IMG/VR virus record: IMGVR_UViG_3300028603_000021
Location: 1-64,000 of that record
Reading direction: 5' to 3' (one strand)
Origin: a virus
Taxonomy: Duplodnaviria > Caudoviricetes
DNA: 64,000 nucleotides
A program made the translations under genes and the position numbers. A model generated the notes under the pieces. The model saw only the letters and a program-made list of their open reading frames with translations, was not told the DNA's origin and did not search any database. This document shows positions 35,818 through 44,200 of this stretch, one piece after another. Positions within the stretch are counted from its first letter, which is position 1. The number at the start of each line of letters is the position of its first letter.

Positions 35818-36579
35818 TCAAACTCTTAAAAGTCCTAAATCTAATTCTTTATGGTGGTTAGGACAGAGGTACACGAGATTTTTTGGGTCATTTATTTCCT
35901 CCATAGTGGCTTCGTCGGGGAATGAGGAGATATTTTTTATATGGCATAGCTCCACATAGGTGTCATACCCACAAGACCTGCACACTTTTACCAGCCCTCT
36001 TCTCGCTGCCAACCTTCTTGCTCCAGTGCGGATTCTTACGTAGTACTCGTGGGACACGTTGTTGCACATCTCTTTGAACTGACCAAACGTTTTAGAGAGA
36101 TAATCCTCATCGGCCTTCTCTTTCATCCCTGCTATCCTACAGTCAGAACATTGCTTTGACGTTGACAATATATTCTTCCCGCAGTAACAAGTGCCACTTT
36201 TCCCAGACTTAGCTGCTACTTTCTTGTGATTTACATAATGAACACCCTTAGTTCGTTTGGGATGTAGAGTGTTGTTATAAGTAGCCGAGCAGCTGCTGTT
36301 GCAAAATACCTTTCCCTTGGCGTCTGCTTCTCGTCTAAGTACGTCTTCTCCGCAGTTATCACAGCTAAGCACTAGTCGCGGGACTGCCCGAGACTTTGCC
36401 GCACAAGCAGCACTACAAAATAATGATCTGCCGTGCTTTATCGCGGCTTGTATCTTAGACTTTTTCCTAGTTACGTCCAATCCGCAACCTACGCAGTTTA
36501 TCGCCAGATGGTCTGAAGATTTCAGATGTCTTAATCTAGAGATAATTTCCTGGTAACAGTCGGGGGTCACTAGTAACAC
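35818..36579 (-). CDS. HNH endonuclease with Zn-finger repeats
   Basis: CxxCGY..E.CHIK..N...NL..LCPNHH.E.D. Confidence 0.9.
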   Translation of the reverse strand: MLLVTPDCYQEIISRLRHLKSSDHLAINCVGCGLDVTRKKSKIQAAIKHGRSLFCSAACAAKSRAVPRLVLSCDNCGEDVLRREADAKGKVFCNSSCSATYNNTLHPKRTKGVHYVNHKKVAAKSGKSGTCYCGKNILSTSKQCSDCRIAGMKEKADEDYLSKTFGQFKEMCNNVSHEYYVRIRTGARRLAARRGLVKVCRSCGYDTYVELCHIKNISSFPDEATMEEINDPKNLVYLCPNHHKELDLGLLRV

Positions 36580-36628
36580 AAAGATATGTTATCACAGCTG
36601 TAGTCGAGAGTCAAGTTTTCGAACTAGA

Positions 36629-36704
36629 TGGTAGCGGGTGTAGGATTTGAACCTCTCTTCACCCTTCCAAAGGGTGTATGCTCCCAGTTTACATCACACC
36701 CACT
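36629..36704 (-). tRNA. atypical tRNA-Pro(UGG), 8-bp acceptor and short T stem
   Basis: TT-TGG-AA; AGTGGGTG/CACCCGCT-ACCA; AGG-TTCAAAT-CCT. Confidence 0.75.
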
Positions 36705-36731
36705 GCGTGGACTCAAACATAGATGAAGATA

Positions 36732-37037
36732 GAGCCTTTTAACGCCATGCTCAGGGCTAACCCTATAAAACCTTTTAACGCCATGTCCGGGGCTGCTCTT
36801 TGTATACCACCCTCTAGCTCCGCTCGTGAAGAAGCTGAGGGGTAAGATAAGAGCAGTTTTAAGTCTTACTCAGGACTAGGAGGTAGGTGGAGCAGTTTAA
36901 TTGCCTTACTCAGGGCGGTCAAGCCGATTCCGGGTGTGCTAGCACTCAGGTTTCCAGACTCCTACCGGGTTAACCTGATACAGCTGTTACCCGCGCCGCT
37001 GCTTGGGGCGGAGCCTTTTTCAGTCGTGCTCAGGACT
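36732..37037 (-). ncRNA. array of five ~27-nt H-type mini-pseudoknots plus hairpins
   Basis: Covarying stems; directly downstream of a consensus promoter. Confidence 0.75.
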
Positions 37038-37048
37038 TGGTTTATCTA

Positions 37049-37077
37049 ATTATAGCAACTTTAGTCGTTCTTGTCAA
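37049..37077 (-). promoter_or_regulatory. perfect sigma70 promoter driving the pseudoknot array
   Basis: TTGACA-N17-TATAAT. Confidence 0.85.
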
Positions 37078-37258
37078 ACGGCGGGTCTAGAAGACCCTTA
37101 CCACGCGAAAGCTTGCTGAATATCAAGTAGAGGTAGAAGGGTATCCCAACCGGCCACACGAAGAAGTAGAGAGTATCCTCTGGTTCAAAACCTCCCCTTC
37201 CGCGAGCCAGCCCGAACAGCATCCCACACACCCAAAGTCCTATCAAGTAGATTCCCAT
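37061..37258 (-). CDS. small membrane protein
   Basis: AAGGAGG RBS; hydrophobic. Confidence 0.7.
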   Translation of the reverse strand: MGIYLIGLWVCGMLFGLARGRGGFEPEDTLYFFVWPVGIPFYLYLIFSKLSRGKGLLDPPFDKND

Positions 37259-37295
37259 TGCTTTACCTCCTTTCCTCTATACTATCACTAGTCAG

Positions 37296-37547
37296 CTACG
37301 GTGTCAACTTCTTTGCAAGGTTAAGGACAGCTTCTTCTTCTGTAGCCCCGAATCCTTCAACCTCAAGGCTGTCATCGTCTGGAAAGATAGCACGGGCTAC
37401 ATAGCCACTTTCTGTTTCCTCTACCTGAACCATATAGCTGCTGACCTTTTCAGTGGTCGTAGTGACCTTAGTACCGAACTCAGACCACACATACGAAGCA
37501 GCCGCTGCCCCTAGAAGAAAAGCTCCCAGCATCTCAAACCACGGCAT
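37296..37547 (-). CDS. membrane-anchored protein with HicB-like N-domain pattern
   Basis: TM; E.E.GYVA..P...GFGATEEEA..NL. Confidence 0.6.
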   Translation of the reverse strand: MPWFEMLGAFLLGAAAASYVWSEFGTKVTTTTEKVSSYMVQVEETESGYVARAIFPDDDSLEVEGFGATEEEAVLNLAKKLTP

Positions 37548-37855
37548 CAGAGGCTGTTCCTGAACTTAGACCAAGACACGCTCCATATGGTATAAAAACC
37601 GTCCACCAGAAGAGCCACATCGTCTACAGAAATTGTTTCTCCACCCTTAGTGAGCTGGATACCCTTAGCAATGGGCGGAATTAATTCAGTGACGCTCTCA
37701 CCGTCTGAGAGCACCCAAGACTCAAGCTCTTGGTCATACCAGCTGCTCCTCGGGTTGTCTGTGAAGAACCACGCTGAGCTATCACCAGCATCTATAAACA
37801 ACGTACCAAACTCTCCTTCAAAATCTAGTCTCATGCTCACCTTCTTTCTGACCAC
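37547..37855 (-). CDS. hypothetical protein
   Basis: ORF track. Confidence 0.65.
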   Translation of the reverse strand: MVRKKVSMRLDFEGEFGTLFIDAGDSSAWFFTDNPRSSWYDQELESWVLSDGESVTELIPPIAKGIQLTKGGETISVDDVALLVDGFYTIWSVSWSKFRNSL

Positions 37856-37888
37856 TTTCGTGATAAGATAATTCCCGCTTTAGTGATA

Positions 37889-38191
37889 TCACTGCTCAGC
37901 ATAAGAAACATGAGGAACCCACCCAGCAGTCTCAAGCTCTGTACACACAGCTGGGAACAATTCATCTGGCACGCGGATACGGAAGATATACACCGGCTCC
38001 CCGAACGGATTTATGCCAACGTCTAGCAACGGGTAGGTAGTCATAGTGGTTTCTATAAACAACGACTGCACAGCGATCTCTGTTTCGTCGCTGCGCTTCT
38101 TGAAAACCCTCTCAGAGGTTGTGTCGGCTACTGTTACATAGCCGACAACCTGCGTAAGCTCTAGCTCTACCGGGTACCCATCACCTTTCAT
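37889..38191 (-). CDS. hypothetical protein
   Basis: ORF track. Confidence 0.65.
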   Translation of the reverse strand: MKGDGYPVELELTQVVGYVTVADTTSERVFKKRSDETEIAVQSLFIETTMTTYPLLDVGINPFGEPVYIFRIRVPDELFPAVCTELETAGWVPHVSYAEQ

Positions 38192-38363
38192 TGTTAGGTG
38201 CCTTCACCTCACCAAACAAACCTTCTTGGATGCCTACCAACTTGTGGCCTCTGTATTTCTTAGACACCCACTGCTCAGCATCGTCCCATCCGAAGAAGAA
38301 TTTATTCAGGGTGATAAGCTTCCTGTGTCCTTTCTTGTCTTCGATAATCAGCTCGTTATTCAT
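38181..38363 (-). CDS. hypothetical protein
   Basis: GAGGAG RBS. Confidence 0.65.
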   Translation of the reverse strand: MNNELIIEDKKGHRKLITLNKFFFGWDDAEQWVSKKYRGHKLVGIQEGLFGEVKAPNNER

Positions 38364-38544
38364 GGTTACTCCTCTTCGTCTTCGTAGTACTCGTCGTACA
38401 GACGCCTCACTGCTGCTTGTGGGGAGTACCCAGCATCAAACATATCTCTGAGTTCAGGCTGGGACACCTCCCCAAGCTCCATGCCTAGCATAGCCCACAG
38501 CGACGTGTCTAGCTCGTCGAGCCAGGTATCAAAATCCCACTCCA

Positions 38545-39573
38545 TCAGAGAGCCTCGATGTGGTACCTGTAGACAGCGTTAGCAGTGTGGCTCAGGTCAA
38601 GCTTCTCAGCGAAGTAGTATTCTAGGTTGTCTCTGCCATAACCCAAGGCCTCAGCAAGGTCAGCATAGCTGTTCGCTACTTTACCCTTCATGCTGTAGCT
38701 AGAGACAGCACCCTTAAGCTCTGCAATAAAATCCTCGTAGTAGCCGTCTTCATCCTCTTGGATGTCGTAGTCTTCTGCGCTGAGGTCGTCGTTGTAGAAA
38801 AGGTCATCCCACGCCTCGTTGAGTTCTGAGGTTCTTACTACATAGCGGCAGACACGCACCTTGGCATTATCGTAATCAAGGGGCACCGACACTACGTCTC
38901 GTGGGTTTACCTCCACACCCACCAAGCGCGGCGCAAACCCAGTCGCGTACTGGTAGCTGCCGACGTGCAACCCGACATCACAGGCTTTTGTTGCGTCGGA
39001 GCTTACTCGGCTGCGTGGAAACTCAACCACGTTACCTACCGCATTATCCAAGCGTCCATGCTCGATAACTTCCCCGTTCACGATGCCGTAACCAGCATGG
39101 ACTGAAAAACCATCCGTGTTTACGCCCTTGTAAGCAAGGAAATTTCCCGAAGCCGTGATAGAAAGACCGTGCCTCGTCAAGAAGTTGTAGAGCTGCTCAC
39201 GGCTCTCCGCGTTAGGGTTCTGCATCAAGTTCTCAAGGAAGTTGAGCATAGGGGTGATGTTTTCGTAGCCGCGCCTGTAGCGTTCGGCAATCGCATCACT
39301 CAGAACCCCAGGAAGAACTTCACCATCGAAGTAGATTCCTCCGTTGTCACCGTATGAGATACGGTCTGTGAGTGCTTCGAGGTAGGTAGCGATGTTACTC
39401 CCAGGTGTGTTGAGCAAGTCACGAAGGTCTTCTTCGCTCACTCCGGAAATCAGAGCCTCGACAATCTTCCGAGAGCGTGGGTGGTCTCCACGGATCACGT
39501 GGAGACTCCCGTCCTCTAGAGTTACCGATGCTGTCGTGTTGTCGTTGCTTGAAGTTATAAGGTATGAATACAT
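38545..39573 (-). CDS. rIIB: rIIB-like protein
   Basis: NFLENL..NP..LY.FL..G.FLAYK.V..C..GLHVG...YA..VNPRDVVSVP.DY...K.RVC.Y.V. Confidence 0.9.
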   Translation of the reverse strand: MYSYLITSSNDNTTASVTLEDGSLHVIRGDHPRSRKIVEALISGVSEEDLRDLLNTPGSNIATYLEALTDRISYGDNGGIYFDGEVLPGVLSDAIAERYRRGYENITPMLNFLENLMQNPNAESREQLYNFLTRHGLSITASGNFLAYKGVNTDGFSVHAGYGIVNGEVIEHGRLDNAVGNVVEFPRSRVSSDATKACDVGLHVGSYQYATGFAPRLVGVEVNPRDVVSVPLDYDNAKVRVCRYVVRTSELNEAWDDLFYNDDLSAEDYDIQEDEDGYYEDFIAELKGAVSSYSMKGKVANSYADLAEALGYGRDNLEYYFAEKLDLSHTANAVYRYHIEAL

Positions 39574-39575
39574 TT

Positions 39576-41525
39576 TTATCCTTCTCCTCTCTCGTTGATG
39601 TAGTTCTGAAGCTCTTCTAAGCCTGCGCTGAACAGAAGTGGGTATTCTTTTCTCGCCTCTTCCAGAGCCTCCTTTATCTCTTTCTCAGCCGCTTGCAGCC
39701 TATCACGCACCTCTGTGAGAACCGTGTGACTTATTCCGCTGCCCTTCAGCCTGAGCAAGGTGGCGATTGTTTTCTGCGTAGTATCCCCGTAGGAGGGAAA
39801 ACCACGAAGCTTACCCAGAGCCTCAGAGCCGCCCTTGGTGCTGCGGAAAGCCGAGTAGTTTGTGAACATGTAGCTGCTCACGTAGTTTTTCCTAGCGAAC
39901 ATCATGAGGGCTTCCTTCGAGATGCTCACGGCAGAAAGTGTGTCGTCAACAAACTTCGAAACGTGCCTAGCGCCCTTGAGCCCCTTGTAGACGTGCTCAG
40001 TGTCCTTCTTAGACACGTGCATGTTAGTCGGGATGATAGTCGTAACAGACGCTAGCTCCTTAACCACGGGAAGGTACTTATCCCAGTCGTTTCTGTTCCC
40101 GTAGACGACCTTTGTAAGGTCAGCATTCTTCTTATTAACTAAAACTTGCTTCCAGTCGCGTGTGAAGACGCGGAGCCTGGGTTCCTTCTTCTCACCCGGT
40201 GCCCTAGAGTCAAGCTTGATGCTGTTGATTTCTTCGTGAGACACGTACATGCGCTCTGGAATAACCTCAGAGGAGGGTTTCGCGCCTGTGATGGCGTACA
40301 CAGTGCACCCATTGTCCTGGGCGTACTTCTTTATCTTGCGTGCGAAATAGCCACTGGGCGCACCTTTGTAGAAAACTATATCACCAGAGCCCCTGTAGTG
40401 AGAGTAGTAGGGAAAAGCTGTGTAGCTCTTGGCTCTCTCCTTTGAATCCGGGGTGTACTTCGTGCACTGAAAGTTAAGTTCGTCTGGACGATATTTCAGA
40501 CTCCTGCCCTTGTAGTGTGGGTCAAGGTTAAAATACAACGCCCCGCCCTGCCACGCCTTCTGCGCAATCTGGTATGCCTCAAGCAGTGTTTCTGCTTCTT
40601 CTACCTCTTTTTCAACCTTAGACTGAAGCAGGGCTTCCGCTTGGGCAATTGCTTGTTTGACAAATTCTTTTGTGCGCTTAGTGGCATGAAGCTCCTCTCG
40701 GCTGGGGGTAAAATCTACAGCCCCTAGTGGAGCAAACACGAGAAGGCTGTTTGCCCGGTTCTTTTCGTCCCAGTCTAAATCTAACGCTGAGTTGCGGAAC
40801 GGGTATGCCACATTCCCCATCACAACTGCCCCGCCGTTATCGACCAGATATATAGAGTCAGACAACTTTTCCGCCGCGTCAACCGCGCTGACTACAGAGA
40901 AAGTCCCGTTGAACTCTGGCATAACATCCCAGTACTGGAAAATGTTCTTCATCTCTGTGTGGAACTGCGAGAGATTTGTATACCCGTTACCAGGAAGTGG
41001 GATGCTAACCAGGACACCGTTGGGCTCGTCTGTTATCGACGCAGACAGCTGAGTAAGGGTAGGGACACCCGCGTCATTCTTGTAAATCGAGTAAACCCCC
41101 TTGTTGCCGTCTTTGACAGTAGTCAGGGTGAACTGGTCTACGTAGGTCAGCGCAGACTTGCACCCCAAACCAAGCTGCCCGGTGGTGTCTGCCGACGTGC
41201 GCTTGGTCGAAGCCCCGTAAGCTCCGTAGATATCAAAGATTTCATCGTGGCTGAGACCTAGGCCAAAGTCCTGCACCGAAAACACGGGGTTAAGAGCGGT
41301 GGGTACACCAACCTTAATCGGCAGGTTGGGCTTGCCAGCAGCTACATGAGAGTCCATGGCGTTCGTGGAGTACTCTCGGATAACCGCTGCCACAGGGTTA
41401 GAGTAAAGGTTGGTGAGAACGTTCATCAGGTGTGGCAGGCTTGCTGTGTCGATTGTCATACCTTGCGTGCGCAAGGTTCCGCCAGACCGGATAACGCTCT
41501 CTTGGTTGGTATTAGGGATGCTCAA
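39576..41525 (-). CDS. rIIA: rIIA-like protein (GHKL ATPase N-domain)
   Basis: LYSN...AVIREY..NA.DSH; DFG.G; STKR; G.LGLG.KS; DFTPSRE.L. Confidence 0.9.
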   Translation of the reverse strand: MSIPNTNQESVIRSGGTLRTQGMTIDTASLPHLMNVLTNLYSNPVAAVIREYSTNAMDSHVAAGKPNLPIKVGVPTALNPVFSVQDFGLGLSHDEIFDIYGAYGASTKRTSADTTGQLGLGCKSALTYVDQFTLTTVKDGNKGVYSIYKNDAGVPTLTQLSASITDEPNGVLVSIPLPGNGYTNLSQFHTEMKNIFQYWDVMPEFNGTFSVVSAVDAAEKLSDSIYLVDNGGAVVMGNVAYPFRNSALDLDWDEKNRANSLLVFAPLGAVDFTPSREELHATKRTKEFVKQAIAQAEALLQSKVEKEVEEAETLLEAYQIAQKAWQGGALYFNLDPHYKGRSLKYRPDELNFQCTKYTPDSKERAKSYTAFPYYSHYRGSGDIVFYKGAPSGYFARKIKKYAQDNGCTVYAITGAKPSSEVIPERMYVSHEEINSIKLDSRAPGEKKEPRLRVFTRDWKQVLVNKKNADLTKVVYGNRNDWDKYLPVVKELASVTTIIPTNMHVSKKDTEHVYKGLKGARHVSKFVDDTLSAVSISKEALMMFARKNYVSSYMFTNYSAFRSTKGGSEALGKLRGFPSYGDTTQKTIATLLRLKGSGISHTVLTEVRDRLQAAEKEIKEALEEARKEYPLLFSAGLEELQNYINERGEG

Positions 41526-41596
41526 AGTAGTTCCTCCTCACTAGATTTCCTTCTGAAGTCAGTCTAGTCTACGTCTTTGTGAGAATGATGAGTAAC

Positions 41597-42013
41597 CTAC
41601 CTAGACCATCGTTTCTTCTGCCGGAAGACTACGGGGTAGGCTATCCCAAGCTCTCTGGAAATCTGGCTGACTGTCTTGTTCTCCCAGTCAACAGCATCCC
41701 AGTCCGTCACCCAACGGCCTTTACGCGGCTTAGGTGTTGGCTTTTTTACCTCTGCTCCTACTAAGGTAAGGTCTTTCTGGATAGTAGACACAGAGACGTT
41801 AAACTCGTCTGCCCACTCCTTGGCTGTTTTAATACCGCCGGACTCAGCCAGAACCTTGCGCCTCACGGCACTTCGGCTGAGGCTGCGAGGCTTACCAAGA
41901 GCGTGCCTTACCTGATGGACGCGCTGCCTGGTTACTCCCACGAGTCTGGCTATCTCAGAGTCAGTCATATCCCAGTCTACAGCTTCCCAGTCTGTCATTG
42001 TTGTTTCACCCAC
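41597..42013 (-). CDS. multi-HTH DNA-binding protein
   Basis: EIARLVGVTRQRV; WADEFNVSVSTI; ISRELGI. Confidence 0.8.
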   Translation of the reverse strand: MGETTMTDWEAVDWDMTDSEIARLVGVTRQRVHQVRHALGKPRSLSRSAVRRKVLAESGGIKTAKEWADEFNVSVSTIQKDLTLVGAEVKKPTPKPRKGRWVTDWDAVDWENKTVSQISRELGIAYPVVFRQKKRWSR

Positions 42014-42537
42014 TTTCTAGGGGTCATGCTCAGAAGTAGCTTAGAGATGTTATAAGCATCGTCGCCCCCGTCGTGATGTCGCCCCTCAAGCTCAAGACCA
42101 GCGACCCGCATAGCTGTATCCATACCGCAGCTCTGTCCTGTAAGAACAAAAAACATCAGCTTGACGTTAAGGTGCTGCATGTTCACCGGATAGCGTATGT
42201 ACTTCCTCTCTGCCTCAGTAAAGATCATCCTGCGGTCGTAGTCTCCCCAGGATGCCCATGGGAGCCTAGTGAGGCGGAATTTTTCCTCTAGGGTTCTGAA
42301 AGCTTCCTCTAGGAAAACTCCCTCAGAAAAAACCCGAACCTGTGTCAAGCCAGTCAGGTCTTCGCAGAAGTCACTCAAGGTGAACGACAGCATCGGCTTC
42401 ACTATAACAGAAAAAGGCGGCGTTACCGTCCTCTTGTTAGTATCAACCTGAGAGACACCTATCTGTATGATCTCTGAGGGAGTAGTACTCGGTGTATCCC
42501 AGCACGTAGCCTCCAGGTCTATGACATTGATCTTCAC
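41995..42537 (-). CDS. DEDDh 3'-5' exonuclease (ERI-1/KapD-like)
   Basis: IDLEATCW, SWG.YD, HH.G.DDA.N. Confidence 0.9.
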   Translation of the reverse strand: MKINVIDLEATCWDTPSTTPSEIIQIGVSQVDTNKRTVTPPFSVIVKPMLSFTLSDFCEDLTGLTQVRVFSEGVFLEEAFRTLEEKFRLTRLPWASWGDYDRRMIFTEAERKYIRYPVNMQHLNVKLMFFVLTGQSCGMDTAMRVAGLELEGRHHDGGDDAYNISKLLLSMTPRKWVKQQ

Positions 42538-42893
42538 TCCCTATACACTCCTTGACGGTATTCCCGGCTTGCTTTCCGTATATTATCTATCTCGTCCTCA
42601 GATAGCTGCTCGTATTCATCCCAGGTTATGCCTGGAAAGATGGGCTCTTTCAGCAGGGAAAATCCCTTCTCTGCATCCATTATCTCCCTCTCAGTAACAT
42701 AGACCTCCTCTAGGTCACCCCACACCGTGTCCCGCACATACAGTGGATGGACACCAAAGGTTTGTCCCATAAGCTCGATGTTAGACTTGTCGTTGTTGAA
42801 GGCAACTACAGCCTCCGCTAACTCTTTAGATTCTGTCAGAAGCCTGGTTGTGACCGACTCCGGAGTATACGACTCCACTGCATACAGCTTCAT
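42534..42893 (-). CDS. hypothetical protein
   Basis: RBS and promoter upstream. Confidence 0.7.
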   Translation of the reverse strand: MKLYAVESYTPESVTTRLLTESKELAEAVVAFNNDKSNIELMGQTFGVHPLYVRDTVWGDLEEVYVTEREIMDAEKGFSLLKEPIFPGITWDEYEQLSEDEIDNIRKASREYRQGVYRE

Positions 42894-42951
42894 CTAAACC
42901 ACCTTTCTTGCTTCAATATACTTCATATACGACAGATTGTCAAGTAGACAA

Positions 42952-42979
42952 GAAAAACCCCGAACGATCCGTCCGGGGT
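42952..42979 (-). terminator. intrinsic terminator
   Basis: CCCCGGAC-GGATC-GTTCGGGG followed by T run. Confidence 0.65.
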
Positions 42980-42982
42980 ACC

Positions 42983-43165
42983 GTGGTAACAGGCTTGGGT
43001 CAGTATCTTGCGTGCGGCCACACACTCAACTCCTGACTAGCGGCTACGTCCTGTTCCAACTATCCGCTCCGTTGTTTACGGCTTGTGTCAAAGCGTTGGG
43101 AATTGAACCCGAGCAACAAACACGAGGTAGCGAGCCTCTGTTATTGCCACACAACCAGTGGCACT
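42983..43165 (-). ncRNA. unassigned structured RNA with T-loop, downstream of tmRNA
   Basis: GTGG..TAACAG..AGGCT / AGCCTGTTACCAC closure; GGG-TTCAATT-CCC. Confidence 0.5.
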
Positions 43166-43273
43166 TCGTTGACATAGATATCCTGCTACGAGCCTCTGTG
43201 AGAATAATTAGAAAACCCAATATTCCGTCACTATAATATAAAAGAGCTTCGGAGGGTATCCCCCGAAGCATCG

Positions 43274-43635
43274 TGGTGGACTCGTCGGCTTCGCAGCCGA
43301 GTCCTGAACTCTTATCCCAAGGTTGTCTACATGTGTATCTGTTTTATATGTTCGCCATGAAAACAGCAAAACCGGCTAGCTCTATGTACGTGCCTTCTTA
43401 TCAGAGCTTTTCAGGGGCACGCCCTCTAAGTTGACGGTTACAGAGTAGAGGAGTCGTCTGTAACCCGCCTAGCTTACGCGGCTAGGGCTTGAGGCTGTGA
43501 CGCTCCGAGGAAAACCCACGGAAGCGTTTCAGAAGTTTTGTCAGTTAGACTTTTTCCAGATTTTTAACGAGGCCATCCGGAACCCTCGACATGCTAACCT
43601 TGTCTTCAGAGCCCAGTCGAAACTGTTTCGAGCCC
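43274..43635 (-). ncRNA. ssrA: tmRNA
   Basis: GGGCTCGAAACAGTTTCGAC 5' end, GAGTCCACCA 3' end; tag (A)DKTSETLPWVFLGASQPQALAA*. Confidence 0.92.
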
Positions 43636-43695
43636 ATGTAGTTCTCACTGTCTAACTGTCGTGGTGGTAGAACAAAGTTCCTCCACATCATCCGT

Positions 43696-43917
43696 TCATC
43701 CTCTCTCTCTTATGTTAGCCTCTCTCCTCTTGAAGAGGAAGCTGGCTCCTATGTAGGTGACTATCAGAACTATACTCAGTGCGGTTGTGTAGTGCGGAGG
43801 CGGATTGGTGGCGAGAGCGATACCGAATATCTCCTTTACAAGCAAAGCTGCGCCTAGCAGTGCGAAAGCTTCCTTTACGCACAGCCAGAAACGTATCAAC
43901 GGGGATTTGGCTATCAT
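43696..43917 (-). CDS. small two-TM membrane protein
   Basis: Hydrophobic; own promoter. Confidence 0.6.
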   Translation of the reverse strand: MIAKSPLIRFWLCVKEAFALLGAALLVKEIFGIALATNPPPHYTTALSIVLIVTYIGASFLFKRREANIRERG

Positions 43918-43963
43918 CTGTATCACCCTACTGCTTAGATTATAGCAGCTCGCTACGCCCCTG

Positions 43964-44167
43964 TCAACCACCAAGCCTGCGTCGGCGTAGCTTATCGAAG
44001 AGTATCCTACCACCAACATAAGACGCTATAAGCACAACGCTGAGCAGAATTATCACAGCAGACCCTGGATTACATCTACCTAGTGCACCAGCAAAGATTT
44101 CCATGAAGATCATCCCAGCGCCAGCGAAGGCCATACCTTCTAGCCATATCCTAGGTATCATATACAT
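43964..44167 (-). CDS. small two-TM membrane protein
   Basis: Hydrophobic. Confidence 0.6.
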   Translation of the reverse strand: MYMIPRIWLEGMAFAGAGMIFMEIFAGALGRCNPGSAVIILLSVVLIASYVGGRILFDKLRRRRLGG

Positions 44168-44200
44168 CTACCTTACCACACATCTTGTACCTTTTCAACT

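Noticed and set aside
36805-36844. HDV-like (theta) ribozyme
   Set aside because: Could not assign P1/P1.1; a simple hairpin explains it.
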